This document shows, piece after piece, positions 1-8,274 of a stretch of DNA of 32,000 nucleotides (its first letter is position 1; each line of letters begins with the position of its first letter). The position numbers were made by a program, and so were the translations under genes. Origin of the DNA: Candidatus Paracaedimonas acanthamoebae (lineage in GTDB: Bacteria > Pseudomonadota > Alphaproteobacteria > Caedimonadales > Caedimonadaceae); NCBI GenBank assembly GCA_000743035.1, contig CP008937.1, positions 1 to 32,000 of the forward strand. The letters run 5' to 3'. The notes beneath the pieces were generated by a model. The model had not been told where the DNA came from. It did no database searches and worked only from the letters and a program-made list of their open reading frames with translations.

Positions 1-79
1 TTCTTTTTCACTCTCTCTTAAAGAGAGCTATGAGACCTCTTTTGCTCTTATCTTAGAGCATGAGTGGACGCTTAACTTA

Positions 80-649
80 GTGAACTCTCAGCTCACTAAT
101 CTTCAATTTGGAAGTCTTATTGAGCAACAAGCTCTTCTTTATAATGATCTGGCAAGACGTGCCATCCTTCTTGCTCTTAAAGAGCCTCACTACAAAGAAC
201 TTAAGAAGCCGGCTAATTTTCTCATGAATGAGGCTTTTAAAGATCTTAAGCTTTTAAGCACTTCTTTAAAATCCATTAAGCCTTTTGACGTCACAGAATA
301 TTATTTGGAGATTATCTCCCAAGCTTGGCAGAAAAAACTCCTTATTCATAAACTTATCACGTTAATAGTTCCTTTATGGCTTAGACAAGACTTAAGACAA
401 CAGCTCTTAAGGGAGCCTTCTTACAAGAAGCCCCATCAAGAATGGGTGGATCAAGCGATTAACCATAATCCCAATGAAGTCATTCAGATCTTGAGTTCCC
501 TCATTGATATAGAGGCAAAAGAAGTGAGCGAAGATGAAGAATTTACCCTTCATCCTTTCTTATTAAAACTCTTGCGTTCAGAACTCCTCATGCGCAATGA
601 AGCTTATCAATCTTCAACTCATGACATTAACCCCCTCAAAGGAGACTAG
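80..649 (+). CDS. hypothetical protein (189 aa) immediately upstream of the T4SS operon
   Basis: Open frame with a GTG start. There is an in-frame TGA at 32-34 and no in-frame ATG between it and 80. It ends 5 nt before the pilin-like gene. I recognise no motif. Confidence 0.45.
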   Translation: MNSQLTNLQFGSLIEQQALLYNDLARRAILLALKEPHYKELKKPANFLMNEAFKDLKLLSTSLKSIKPFDVTEYYLEIISQAWQKKLLIHKLITLIVPLWLRQDLRQQLLREPSYKKPHQEWVDQAINHNPNEVIQILSSLIDIEAKEVSEDEEFTLHPFLLKLLRSELLMRNEAYQSSTHDINPLKGD

Positions 650-654
650 AAACT

Positions 655-969
655 ATGATCACCTCTTTTATTAAAAAAACTAAGGACTCAATTTCAGAGC
701 ATACATTAGCTCTCTCTTTGAGCGTGTATCTTTTGATTGAAAGCCATCCGGCCTTTGCCTTTTCTCAAGTCTTTACTGGGAAATTAGGAGAATTAAGGAA
801 CGGCCTTATCTTAATTGGTAAGGCGTGTGTAGGTGTTGCGCTGGTGGCAGCTCTTTTTAAGTTCTTAACGAATCAAGGAGGAAACTGGAAATGGATTGGC
901 TCCATTTGTGGTGTTGGGTGTGCGCTTATCGGTATTAATATCCTTGTTCAATTTATGGGGGGAAGCTGA
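655..969 (+). CDS. virB2: VirB2/TrbC-like T4SS pilin subunit (104 aa)
   Basis: AGGAG about 10 nt upstream. Long leader ending in AFA|FSQ, followed by two hydrophobic segments (LILIGKACVGVALVAALF and IGSICGVGCALIGINILV). It is the first gene of a virB-ordered operon, and its stop overlaps the next start (TGATG). Confidence 0.7.
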   Translation: MITSFIKKTKDSISEHTLALSLSVYLLIESHPAFAFSQVFTGKLGELRNGLILIGKACVGVALVAALFKFLTNQGGNWKWIGSICGVGCALIGINILVQFMGGS

Positions 970-1238
970 TGAGAGCTTATGTGCTTTCCTCTGTCTCTGA
1001 ACCTCCTCAAAGGCTGTGCGCGTCACAATCAGCCATTCCTTTACCCATGATTATAGCAGGAATGACATGGTTCTTAACAAATGAGATGGTGGCCATTGGG
1101 GCTTATATCCTCTCTCATGGAGCTGTTATTGCTCTAAGCTCTTATGATCCTTATTTTGTAGAAGTGATGCGAGCTCGCTTTAAATACAAGCGAACAAAAC
1201 GGCAGCTACCCCAAGGAGGCAATCTCTATGGCGCATGA
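969..1238 (+). CDS. virB3: VirB3-like T4SS inner-membrane protein (89 aa)
   Basis: Small protein with a hydrophobic core (IPLPMIIAGMTWFL...IGAYILSHGAVIAL) followed by DPYFVEVMRARFKYKR. Sits between the pilin-like gene and virB4 and overlaps virB4 by 11 nt. Confidence 0.6.
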   Translation: MRAYVLSSVSEPPQRLCASQSAIPLPMIIAGMTWFLTNEMVAIGAYILSHGAVIALSSYDPYFVEVMRARFKYKRTKRQLPQGGNLYGA

Positions 1239-3681
1239 GTGGGTCAGTATTGCCTCCTTAGCTGCTGGGAGCTCTGCCTTAGCTTTGGGAGCAGGCGTTG
1301 CTTTATCAAATCGTTTACAAAGAAAGCTCACGCCATCTTTCGAGGAAACTTATCTTAAAGACACGCTGCCTTTTGATTCAGTGTGGGAGGATAAGATAAC
1401 CCTTCAAAGCAAGAATGGAATGCTCTCTCGCCTTATTAAAATCAGGGGAACAAATACGGATAATTTAACCTCTGATGAACTTCATCATCTATTTGAAAAA
1501 AGAAAAAAGTGGCTTGACGAGTTGGCTCAAATGAATGTGATTATAAAAGTCTTAACAACGCGAGAAGAGATCACCCGCACGCTAGAAGGAACATATGACA
1601 CTGAGGTGCTGCAATCAGTCCATGATCAATGGATGGAACAATTTGATCGGACGTTCCTCAATCATCATTACATTACCTTATGTGTGGCTCCTCAATTACC
1701 TTCTTCTTTAGACAAACTAAGAGATAAGATTTATGGCAGAAAAACTGAAACAACATCTTTTCATGAACATATCTTAAGAGAAGCTACTTCTCTTACCCTT
1801 GAAGCCCTTCATGATTTAGAGCCTCACATGATCAAAAATGATGGGAGTTTAAGCCCTCTTTTAAGTTTTTGGTCACATCTTATTCATGGAAGATCAGCGC
1901 CTTTAAAACCTTTAAACTCTCATCTCTCAGATCAAATGGTCTCATGTCAGGTTGGGTTTGACACTCAAAAGGGGAATATAGAGTGGAAAGATGAACTTGG
2001 TAAAAGATTTGGAGCCATCTTAACTCTTAATAAATGGGACAAAAACTCAAGCCCACAGCTGATGAAAGATTTAAGTTCTCTTAAAGGTCAATTTATCATC
2101 TGCCAACTTTTAAAAGGAACTTCTAAAGCAAAAGCTCTTCTTTATCTCATGGATCAAAAGAAGCAACGAAGTCTTTTGGGAGATCTGTTTCCCAATGATC
2201 AAGTGATGGAAGAGTTTGATGCCGCCATAGAGCTGATTACCTCGGATCAAGCCTCCCTTTATGGGTATCAATGTTCCATCGTATTGATTTCAGATTCATA
2301 TGACGAATTAACAACTTTATGTGAAGAAGCAAGACGCATCTTTAAATCTTATGGGGCCCTCCCGATTCAAGAAACAGCGTCCCTTGAATATGCCTGGCGA
2401 TCTCAGTTCCCAGGCAGTGAATCTTTTTTAAGACAAACCCATCCTTTATCGCATAATATCAGTCATCTTCTTTCTTTTGATCATGAACCTCAAGGGTTTC
2501 AAAGGTGTGATTGGGGAGAGGGGCCTATACGCCTTTTTAAAACCTCATCAGGCTCTTCTTATGCTCTTCAAATCCATTCTTCAGAAGAAAAAGAAGCTTT
2601 GGCGAATTCAATTGTGATTGCGCCTGCAGGATCAGGCAAGACAACTTTCTTTCAGCATCTCATAGGGGGCGCATTAAGGCACTCTAATTTAAGAGCTTAT
2701 ATCTTTGATCGGTTTAATGGCACCCGGATTTTTACTCAAAGCATGGGGGGAAACTATATAGATTTTAGCCATCAAAACACCTCTTTGCTTAATCCCTTTT
2801 ATTGTGAGGACACCCCTCAAGAAAGATCCTTCCTTCCTCAGCTTTTATGTATGATGGCAAGTGTTCAAGACGAAGAGAGCCTGGAGGTGGCTCAAAGAGC
2901 CATCCAAATTCTTTTCAAGGTCCCTAAAGAACAAAGGCTCTTAAAATATCTTATAGAGGATCTTTTTCCGGCTCAAAGTTTAATTAAAAGAAGGTTGCTT
3001 CCTTGGACTGAGGGCGGCGCTTTAGGAGGTTGGTTTAACGGATCCCAAGAACTTAACGGTAACATTGAGGCTTACGATGCTTTGGACCTTACTTCGCATC
3101 GCCTTGTTGCCTTTGAGATGACGGATGTGCAAGCCAATCCTCAAGTTGCCAACACTGTAACTCAATACATTATTCATCGGATAAGGCGGGTGATTCGCGA
3201 AGAAGCACTCCCTCATTTTATTTTTATTGATGAAACAGCGCCTCTTATTCAGGATCATTATTTTAAATCCTCTGTCGGAGTCTTTTTTAAAGAACATCGC
3301 AAATTAAGAGGAAGCATTAATGTCTGCTTCCAGAACATTAAAGACCTTAAAGAATCGGGCATCTCATCCGTTGTCTTAGATCAATGCCCAACAAGATTTT
3401 TATTCCCTAATCCATCCGCTAAAAGAGAAGATTATGCTGATTTTGATCTTACAGAGTCTGAATGGTCTTATATTAAAGGCGAGAGCAAGATCTCGAGATC
3501 TCTCAAACACTCAGTGCTGGTTAAGCGCTTTAATGAATCGGTCATTCTAGATTGTGACCTTTCATCTTTAGGGCCTCACCTTAAGCTTTATCGCTCAGGG
3601 TCAGAGGCTGTCAAACTTGTTAACCACTTACAACACCAATGGAGCCATCAATGGGTCGAAAAATATTTAGATGCTGCTTAG
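1228..3681 (+). CDS. virB4: VirB4/TrbE/CagE-family T4SS ATPase (817 aa)
   Basis: AAGGAGG 8 nt upstream. Walker A APAGSGKTT, Walker B-like FIFIDETAP. Size and operon position are typical of VirB4. Confidence 0.95.
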   Translation: MAHEWVSIASLAAGSSALALGAGVALSNRLQRKLTPSFEETYLKDTLPFDSVWEDKITLQSKNGMLSRLIKIRGTNTDNLTSDELHHLFEKRKKWLDELAQMNVIIKVLTTREEITRTLEGTYDTEVLQSVHDQWMEQFDRTFLNHHYITLCVAPQLPSSLDKLRDKIYGRKTETTSFHEHILREATSLTLEALHDLEPHMIKNDGSLSPLLSFWSHLIHGRSAPLKPLNSHLSDQMVSCQVGFDTQKGNIEWKDELGKRFGAILTLNKWDKNSSPQLMKDLSSLKGQFIICQLLKGTSKAKALLYLMDQKKQRSLLGDLFPNDQVMEEFDAAIELITSDQASLYGYQCSIVLISDSYDELTTLCEEARRIFKSYGALPIQETASLEYAWRSQFPGSESFLRQTHPLSHNISHLLSFDHEPQGFQRCDWGEGPIRLFKTSSGSSYALQIHSSEEKEALANSIVIAPAGSGKTTFFQHLIGGALRHSNLRAYIFDRFNGTRIFTQSMGGNYIDFSHQNTSLLNPFYCEDTPQERSFLPQLLCMMASVQDEESLEVAQRAIQILFKVPKEQRLLKYLIEDLFPAQSLIKRRLLPWTEGGALGGWFNGSQELNGNIEAYDALDLTSHRLVAFEMTDVQANPQVANTVTQYIIHRIRRVIREEALPHFIFIDETAPLIQDHYFKSSVGVFFKEHRKLRGSINVCFQNIKDLKESGISSVVLDQCPTRFLFPNPSAKREDYADFDLTESEWSYIKGESKISRSLKHSVLVKRFNESVILDCDLSSLGPHLKLYRSGSEAVKLVNHLQHQWSHQWVEKYLDAA

Positions 3682-4406
3682 TTTTAAGCAGCCTTTTTAT
3701 AGGTCATAGTAAAGAATCTCATTCTGGGGCTTTAGCGACTTTTGATTTTAAAACATTTAAGACTCTCAGCAACGTTTTAAGTACTGCGGGGGAATCATTA
3801 CAGGAGCTTAAAACATTATCAGGTGAGATGATGGAAATGAATAGTGTTCTGGGGTCAAGACTTGATCCAGGTTTTCTTCAAAAAGTTATGAAAGTGGGAA
3901 ATTTAAGCGGTGATTTTAGTTTTCTTTTAAGCAGCCTCACAGGGCAAGGAGGGGATTCCTTAATGCAACTCAACCATATGAATGTCCAACATGGGGGAAA
4001 GAAAGATTTTTCAAACTATATTTATGCTAAAAACTATTTTCAGCAGAAGTTTTTTTCAGATAGGTCCATAACAACGCCAACACAATTATCCCAACTTAGA
4101 GATCAAAAACTTGAGGCTGTTCAAGTTTCAACAGTGGATTCCTTAGCTATCGCAACTCAGCAAAAGAAAACACTGAGGGACGATCACTATCAGCTCACCC
4201 AGATAAAGGTGCAAGCTGAACAGAACCCAACCCTTCAATATCAAACGAATATGCAAACAAGACTCCTTGAGCATATTGCTCATCAGTTGGACAAACTTAT
4301 TCTCCTTCAATCTCAACAATTAGAGTTAATGGCAACTTATATGGCACAAGCCCAACCTACAGTTTTTAAAAAGATGTCTTCACCTCAATTAAAAGCAGGG
4401 AAATAA
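3651..4406 (+). CDS. VirB5/TrbJ-position secreted coiled-coil protein (about 251 aa)
   Basis: Start taken at the ATG at 3651 (GGAG 6 nt upstream) rather than 3639. N-terminal signal-like segment FRCCLVLSSLFIGHS, and a Q/L-rich C-terminal half. Assigned by position between virB4 and virB6 and by architecture only. Confidence 0.45.
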   Translation: MGRKIFRCCLVLSSLFIGHSKESHSGALATFDFKTFKTLSNVLSTAGESLQELKTLSGEMMEMNSVLGSRLDPGFLQKVMKVGNLSGDFSFLLSSLTGQGGDSLMQLNHMNVQHGGKKDFSNYIYAKNYFQQKFFSDRSITTPTQLSQLRDQKLEAVQVSTVDSLAIATQQKKTLRDDHYQLTQIKVQAEQNPTLQYQTNMQTRLLEHIAHQLDKLILLQSQQLELMATYMAQAQPTVFKKMSSPQLKAGK

Positions 4407-5465
4407 ATGATGGATAAACCTATCGAAATTATTAAAATGCTTGAGCTCAGGATGGAAAGCTATGGCGTTAAAATTTTTAATGCCTTAAGTGTAGGGTGTC
4501 TTTCTCTTTTTATGGCCGCTTTTGGGTGCTGGTTTGTCTGGCAACTGATTTGGAAAGGAGCCATTAAAGGAGAATTCCACTTCTCTGATTTTCTAAAACC
4601 ATTTTTAATCAGCATATCTATTTCAATTCTTCTAACAGCTAGCACTTTCTCAAATTGGTTCTACTTGCCCATCAATGAAACGGTTGCAAAACTAGTTGAG
4701 ACCATGATTTCTGTTATAAAGGTTAATTATTCAGGGTCTAAAGCCACTCTTTTTTCCGTGCTCAAGTTTCAATACGGAACGCTCAATCAAGTTTTTGAGT
4801 CGATGAGTTTAATGATGCAAGATACCGGGATTATTCCAGGATTTAATACACTTGCTTCCATCATTATGAGAATACCCTTTCTCTTTCTTTACATTATTAT
4901 GCTTTGTTATTGTTTAGACTATATGTTCAAGCTGATGGCTGTCACAGCTTTGTCTCCCTTACTCATTATCTTTGCAGGCTTTTCATCAACCCGAAGTATA
5001 TCCACATCAGGACTTAAGATGGTCTTGCATGGGGTTTTTACAATTTTGATTTCTGTCATTGCCATGGGCCTGAGCTTATATGTGCTTAAAGAATCACTTC
5101 ATCTCATACCTTTGGATGGAAATGGTATTTTAAGGGAAGATGCAGGCTCATTTGCCTTTAGTGATGCTTATTGGACATGCTTTATCATTGCCTGCCTTTC
5201 AATCTACCTTCAGCTTAAAGTCCCCACCATTGCGAACATTGCAGGAGCTTCTGATGGACCTGGTGCTGCAGGATTTGTGGCAGGCGTCTCTTCGGCAACC
5301 ATGGGGATGATAGGGGGAGGTGCAAAGCATTACGGCCAAAAAGGGGCTCAAAAAGCATGGGGCGCTGTCAAGGGTTGGGCAGGGCCTAAAATCAAGAATC
5401 ATCTGTCATCCCGTGGTTCATCATGGGAGAACCCTGCTCTTAACAATATTATTGGTTCAGAATAA
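4407..5465 (+). CDS. virB6: VirB6/TrbL-like polytopic T4SS membrane protein (352 aa)
   Basis: At least five long hydrophobic segments and a Gly-rich C-terminal tail. Starts directly after the preceding stop, in the canonical virB6 position. Confidence 0.7.
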   Translation: MMDKPIEIIKMLELRMESYGVKIFNALSVGCLSLFMAAFGCWFVWQLIWKGAIKGEFHFSDFLKPFLISISISILLTASTFSNWFYLPINETVAKLVETMISVIKVNYSGSKATLFSVLKFQYGTLNQVFESMSLMMQDTGIIPGFNTLASIIMRIPFLFLYIIMLCYCLDYMFKLMAVTALSPLLIIFAGFSSTRSISTSGLKMVLHGVFTILISVIAMGLSLYVLKESLHLIPLDGNGILREDAGSFAFSDAYWTCFIIACLSIYLQLKVPTIANIAGASDGPGAAGFVAGVSSATMGMIGGGAKHYGQKGAQKAWGAVKGWAGPKIKNHLSSRGSSWENPALNNIIGSE

Positions 5466-5476
5466 AGGAAAAAACC

Positions 5477-5638
5477 ATGAAATATTTATATCTTCCTCTT
5501 CTCGTACTGACGCTTCTGGCAAGTGGGTGTTCTCAAACAAGTGATCCTTATACAGGCAGTGGTACCGATAAACTGCCTCAAAGCGAATGCTCTCCTTGCA
5601 AAAAGCAAATTATTTATCGGAATGGACAATGGATTTAG
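5477..5638 (+). CDS. VirB7-like small lipoprotein (53 aa); below the ORF-track size cutoff
   Basis: Own translation: MKYLYLPLLVLTLLASGCSQTSDPYTGSGTDKLPQSECSPCKKQIIYRNGQWI*. AAGGA 8 nt upstream. Lipobox-like LLASG|C. Sits between virB6 and virB8 and overlaps the virB8 start by 10 nt. Confidence 0.55.
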   Translation: MKYLYLPLLVLTLLASGCSQTSDPYTGSGTDKLPQSECSPCKKQIIYRNGQWI

Positions 5639-6297
5639 AACCTTCTCTTCAAAGCTTTGAATCTTATAAAGCGGCTCAAACAACGGCTCGTCTTTCAACA
5701 ATATGTGCTGTTGTTTTGGGATTAGCCGTCATTGCGCTTGTTTGCCTTATCATTGTGCTTCTTCCTTTAAAAGAGGTGCAGCCTATGCTGGTGACTCTTA
5801 AGGATAAAGGAGAACAAGTGGTTCGCATTGAGCCTATTACACGCAATGAAAAAGCAACAATCCTTCTGATGGAAACGCTTTCTCGTCAATATGTTACTTT
5901 ACGGGAGACCATTGATCTGCAAACAGAAGAGCTCAGGTGGAAGCAATTAAGTCTGATGACAGGTGCTCAATTAAATGACGAATTCATGTCCCTTATGAAG
6001 CCTGAAAATCAAGACTCTCCTTTTAAGAAAAGACAAGAAGAACTAGTGACGCGAGAAATCCAAATCCTCTCAAGCACTTCTTTAGCACCCAGTGCGCCTA
6101 ATATTTATCAAGTGGAGTGGATATCACGTGATCGTCATAAAGGACAAGTAATTGGTCAAGGACATTGGGTTTCAACATTAACAGTCTCCTTAGAACCTCA
6201 GGCAGTCTCAATTGAGGATCAATATATCAATCCTATTGGCTTTACCGTCACCCACTATACGCTTGCTCAGAAAGGAAGTCTTGATGCTCAAAAATAA
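5629..6297 (+). CDS. virB8: VirB8-family T4SS protein (222 aa)
   Basis: Start taken at the internal ATG at 5629 (MDLEPS...). Short cytoplasmic N-terminus, a single TM segment (LSTICAVVLGLAVIALVCLIIVLLPL), and a periplasmic domain containing YVTLRETID. Canonical operon position. Confidence 0.8.
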   Translation: MDLEPSLQSFESYKAAQTTARLSTICAVVLGLAVIALVCLIIVLLPLKEVQPMLVTLKDKGEQVVRIEPITRNEKATILLMETLSRQYVTLRETIDLQTEELRWKQLSLMTGAQLNDEFMSLMKPENQDSPFKKRQEELVTREIQILSSTSLAPSAPNIYQVEWISRDRHKGQVIGQGHWVSTLTVSLEPQAVSIEDQYINPIGFTVTHYTLAQKGSLDAQK

Positions 6298-7240
6298 CTC
6301 AAAATCTATCACTCTTATGATATTGACGCCGCTTCTCATTGCCTCTCCTTTAGGAAGAGCAAGTTCCCAACCTATACATCAGCCGCCAGTCATGGCGCCA
6401 ACACCAGCCCCAGAAGATTTAATGCCATCTAGCTCATCCCATGTCCTCACTGAGCATCCAGATGTAGAACACCAAGTGAAAGGCCATTATCCTGATTTGG
6501 AGCGTAAAGAATCATTGCCTTTAGGGGCCATTCAGCATGCTTGGGATCATGCGAAAGAAGGAGCTGGAGTTTATAATGTCACTTATACAGGTAGCGAAAT
6601 TATTAAGCTCCGATGCCGAGAGATGATGACAACGTGTATTATCCTGCCCAGCTGGGAGAGGGTTGAGAAGTTCACCCTTGGTGATCCTTCTTCTTTTAAG
6701 GTTGAGAACCCGAGAGCGAATATTCTCACCCTTCAACCTCAAGAGTTTACTGGTCTTGACAGCAACCTTGTTGTCATTGGCGCGAGTGGCAAAGTTTACT
6801 CATTTTATCTAAGATCAGAAGGGTATAACACACATCATGTGCCTGATCTGGCAGTTTATATACGAGTCGCTAAGCCTTCAAATTTTTCTTCTTCTCTCAC
6901 TAAAATAAAAGGGAAGGGCGAGACCTCAAAAGACGATTATCTTGAAGAAGTCACTTTTGATCCTTCTCAGCTTAACTTTAACTTCACCATGGCAGGCGAT
7001 AAAGAAATCGCGCCTTACCGTGTTTACAGTGATGGCATCCGCACCTGGTTTGATTATGGAGAAGAAATTAAAAAGAAGGGTCTTCCTGCCATTTACGCCG
7101 TGATAGATGGCGTAGATACGCCGATTAATGTAAATCGAGAAGGGACAAAGATTGTTGCTCAGCATTCAGGTTCTTTTACGCTTCGTAATGGCGTGAGAGT
7201 GGTATGCGTCTTTCCGACCCCTCAAGAGGCAGCGGAATGA
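6284..7240 (+). CDS. virB9: VirB9/TrbG/CagX-family T4SS outer-membrane core protein (318 aa)
   Basis: Start taken at 6284 (AAGGAAG upstream). Signal peptide MLKNNSKSITLMILTPLLIASPLGRASS, a Pro-rich linker, and a C-terminal IAPYRVYSDGIRTWFDYGE motif typical of VirB9 C-terminal domains. Confidence 0.85.
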   Translation: MLKNNSKSITLMILTPLLIASPLGRASSQPIHQPPVMAPTPAPEDLMPSSSSHVLTEHPDVEHQVKGHYPDLERKESLPLGAIQHAWDHAKEGAGVYNVTYTGSEIIKLRCREMMTTCIILPSWERVEKFTLGDPSSFKVENPRANILTLQPQEFTGLDSNLVVIGASGKVYSFYLRSEGYNTHHVPDLAVYIRVAKPSNFSSSLTKIKGKGETSKDDYLEEVTFDPSQLNFNFTMAGDKEIAPYRVYSDGIRTWFDYGEEIKKKGLPAIYAVIDGVDTPINVNREGTKIVAQHSGSFTLRNGVRVVCVFPTPQEAAE

Positions 7241-8274
7241 AGAAAGTTTGTTTTCTTTTGCTTACAACAGCTCTTTTAAGTGGGTGTTTAGAGGATGAAG
7301 CTTCAAAAAAGCCTACCCTCGAGCCACGGCAAAAGCTTGCCCCAGACTTTCATGTCTTTAAAAAACCTGAAGAGCCTAAGCCTGTTGTTGTAGAGCCGGA
7401 ACCAGAGCCTGAACCTGTGGTTGTTCATTTCCCAGATCCAAAACCTCTCATACGGGAAGATAAAGCTCGCCAATTACGAGGATTAAGGCAATATCAAGCA
7501 AACAAGACCTTAAAGGTCCTGCCCCCTAAAAAGGAAGAAGAACAAAAGCCCCGTCTTCAAGATCCAGATTATCAGCAATGGGAAGATGCAAGCTTTGAAG
7601 AATCTCGCTCTACACTTCCTGTGGACCGATCCCGAATTTTAACAGCAGATATGCGGATTCCAGCGATTTTAGAAGATTCTGTCAATTCTCAAGTGGGAGG
7701 GCGAATGATTGCCATTGTGGAGCGAGATGTCTTAAGTCCGAATGGAAAGTTTGTTCTCATTCCAGCTTATAGCCGAATCATTTGCCATTATGAGCCTTTA
7801 GGTGAAATCGGTCAAACACGTCTTCCTGTGCAATGTAAACGGTTGATTCGTCCTGATGGAGTCAGTGTCGCTCTTAAAGAGTCTATAGCGTCTGATCAAA
7901 CGGGAAGAACAGGTCTTATTGGTGAATTAGATCAACGGGTGTGGGAGCGCTATGGAGCAGCTTTTTTAATCTCAGCGACAGCTTCTCTTGCGCAAGCAGG
8001 CTCTTATGCAAGCGAGGCAAGATCTAAAAGCACTCTTTCTCAGCTTTTGACAGGAGCTTCTGATGAGTTTTCGCATAATTTAAGTGAGGCAACTTCACAA
8101 GTCATTGAACAAAATATTAATTTAGCTCCTATCTTAACCATTCCACCAGGAAGTCACATTCAAATTATCCCGTCCTCAGACATAGTCTTAAGGCATTCAA
8201 AAGAATCTCTTGCCCAAGAAAGTTCAAAAATAGCTCATGAAAAAAATAAAGATATGGAGATAAAACAACCATGA
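7237..8274 (+). CDS. virB10: VirB10/TrbI-family T4SS core protein (345 aa) with a lipoprotein-like N-terminus
   Basis: ATGA overlap with the virB9 stop. N-terminus MKKVCFLLLTTALLSG|C, a Pro-rich tract (EPEPEPEPVVVHFPDPKP), and a C-terminal TrbI/VirB10-like domain (RIPAILEDSVNSQVGG...TGLIGELDQRVWERYG...TIPPGSHIQI). Confidence 0.9.
   Translation: MKKVCFLLLTTALLSGCLEDEASKKPTLEPRQKLAPDFHVFKKPEEPKPVVVEPEPEPEPVVVHFPDPKPLIREDKARQLRGLRQYQANKTLKVLPPKKEEEQKPRLQDPDYQQWEDASFEESRSTLPVDRSRILTADMRIPAILEDSVNSQVGGRMIAIVERDVLSPNGKFVLIPAYSRIICHYEPLGEIGQTRLPVQCKRLIRPDGVSVALKESIASDQTGRTGLIGELDQRVWERYGAAFLISATASLAQAGSYASEARSKSTLSQLLTGASDEFSHNLSEATSQVIEQNINLAPILTIPPGSHIQIIPSSDIVLRHSKESLAQESSKIAHEKNKDMEIKQP

Noticed and set aside
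1-21. Possible 3' end of an upstream + strand gene (frame 1 reads FFFTLS then a stop at 19-21).
   Set aside because: Only six codons are visible, which cannot support a feature.
3022-3297. 91-aa - strand ORF inside virB4. The same applies to the - strand ORFs at 4460-4645, 5199-5402, 5486-5701, 6521-6742, 6926-7165, 8764-9072, 9330-9551, 12646-12894 and 13197-13424.
   Set aside because: Each lies entirely antisense within a well-supported T4SS gene. They have low-complexity or odd composition, no RBS and no recognisable motifs, and are typical shadow ORFs of AT-rich DNA.
6212-6283. N-terminal extensions implied by the ORF-track longest-ORF starts: 6212 for virB9, 7204 for virB10, 5587 for virB8, 11992 for virD4, 10636 for virB11, 20706 for traD-like, 23895 for umuC and 3639 for the VirB5-position gene.
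   Set aside because: The extensions overlap the preceding gene extensively and precede obvious signal peptides or conserved N-termini. Internal ATGs with an RBS or ATGA/TAATG coupling give family-typical N-termini. The virB10 case remains partly open and is listed as a finding.
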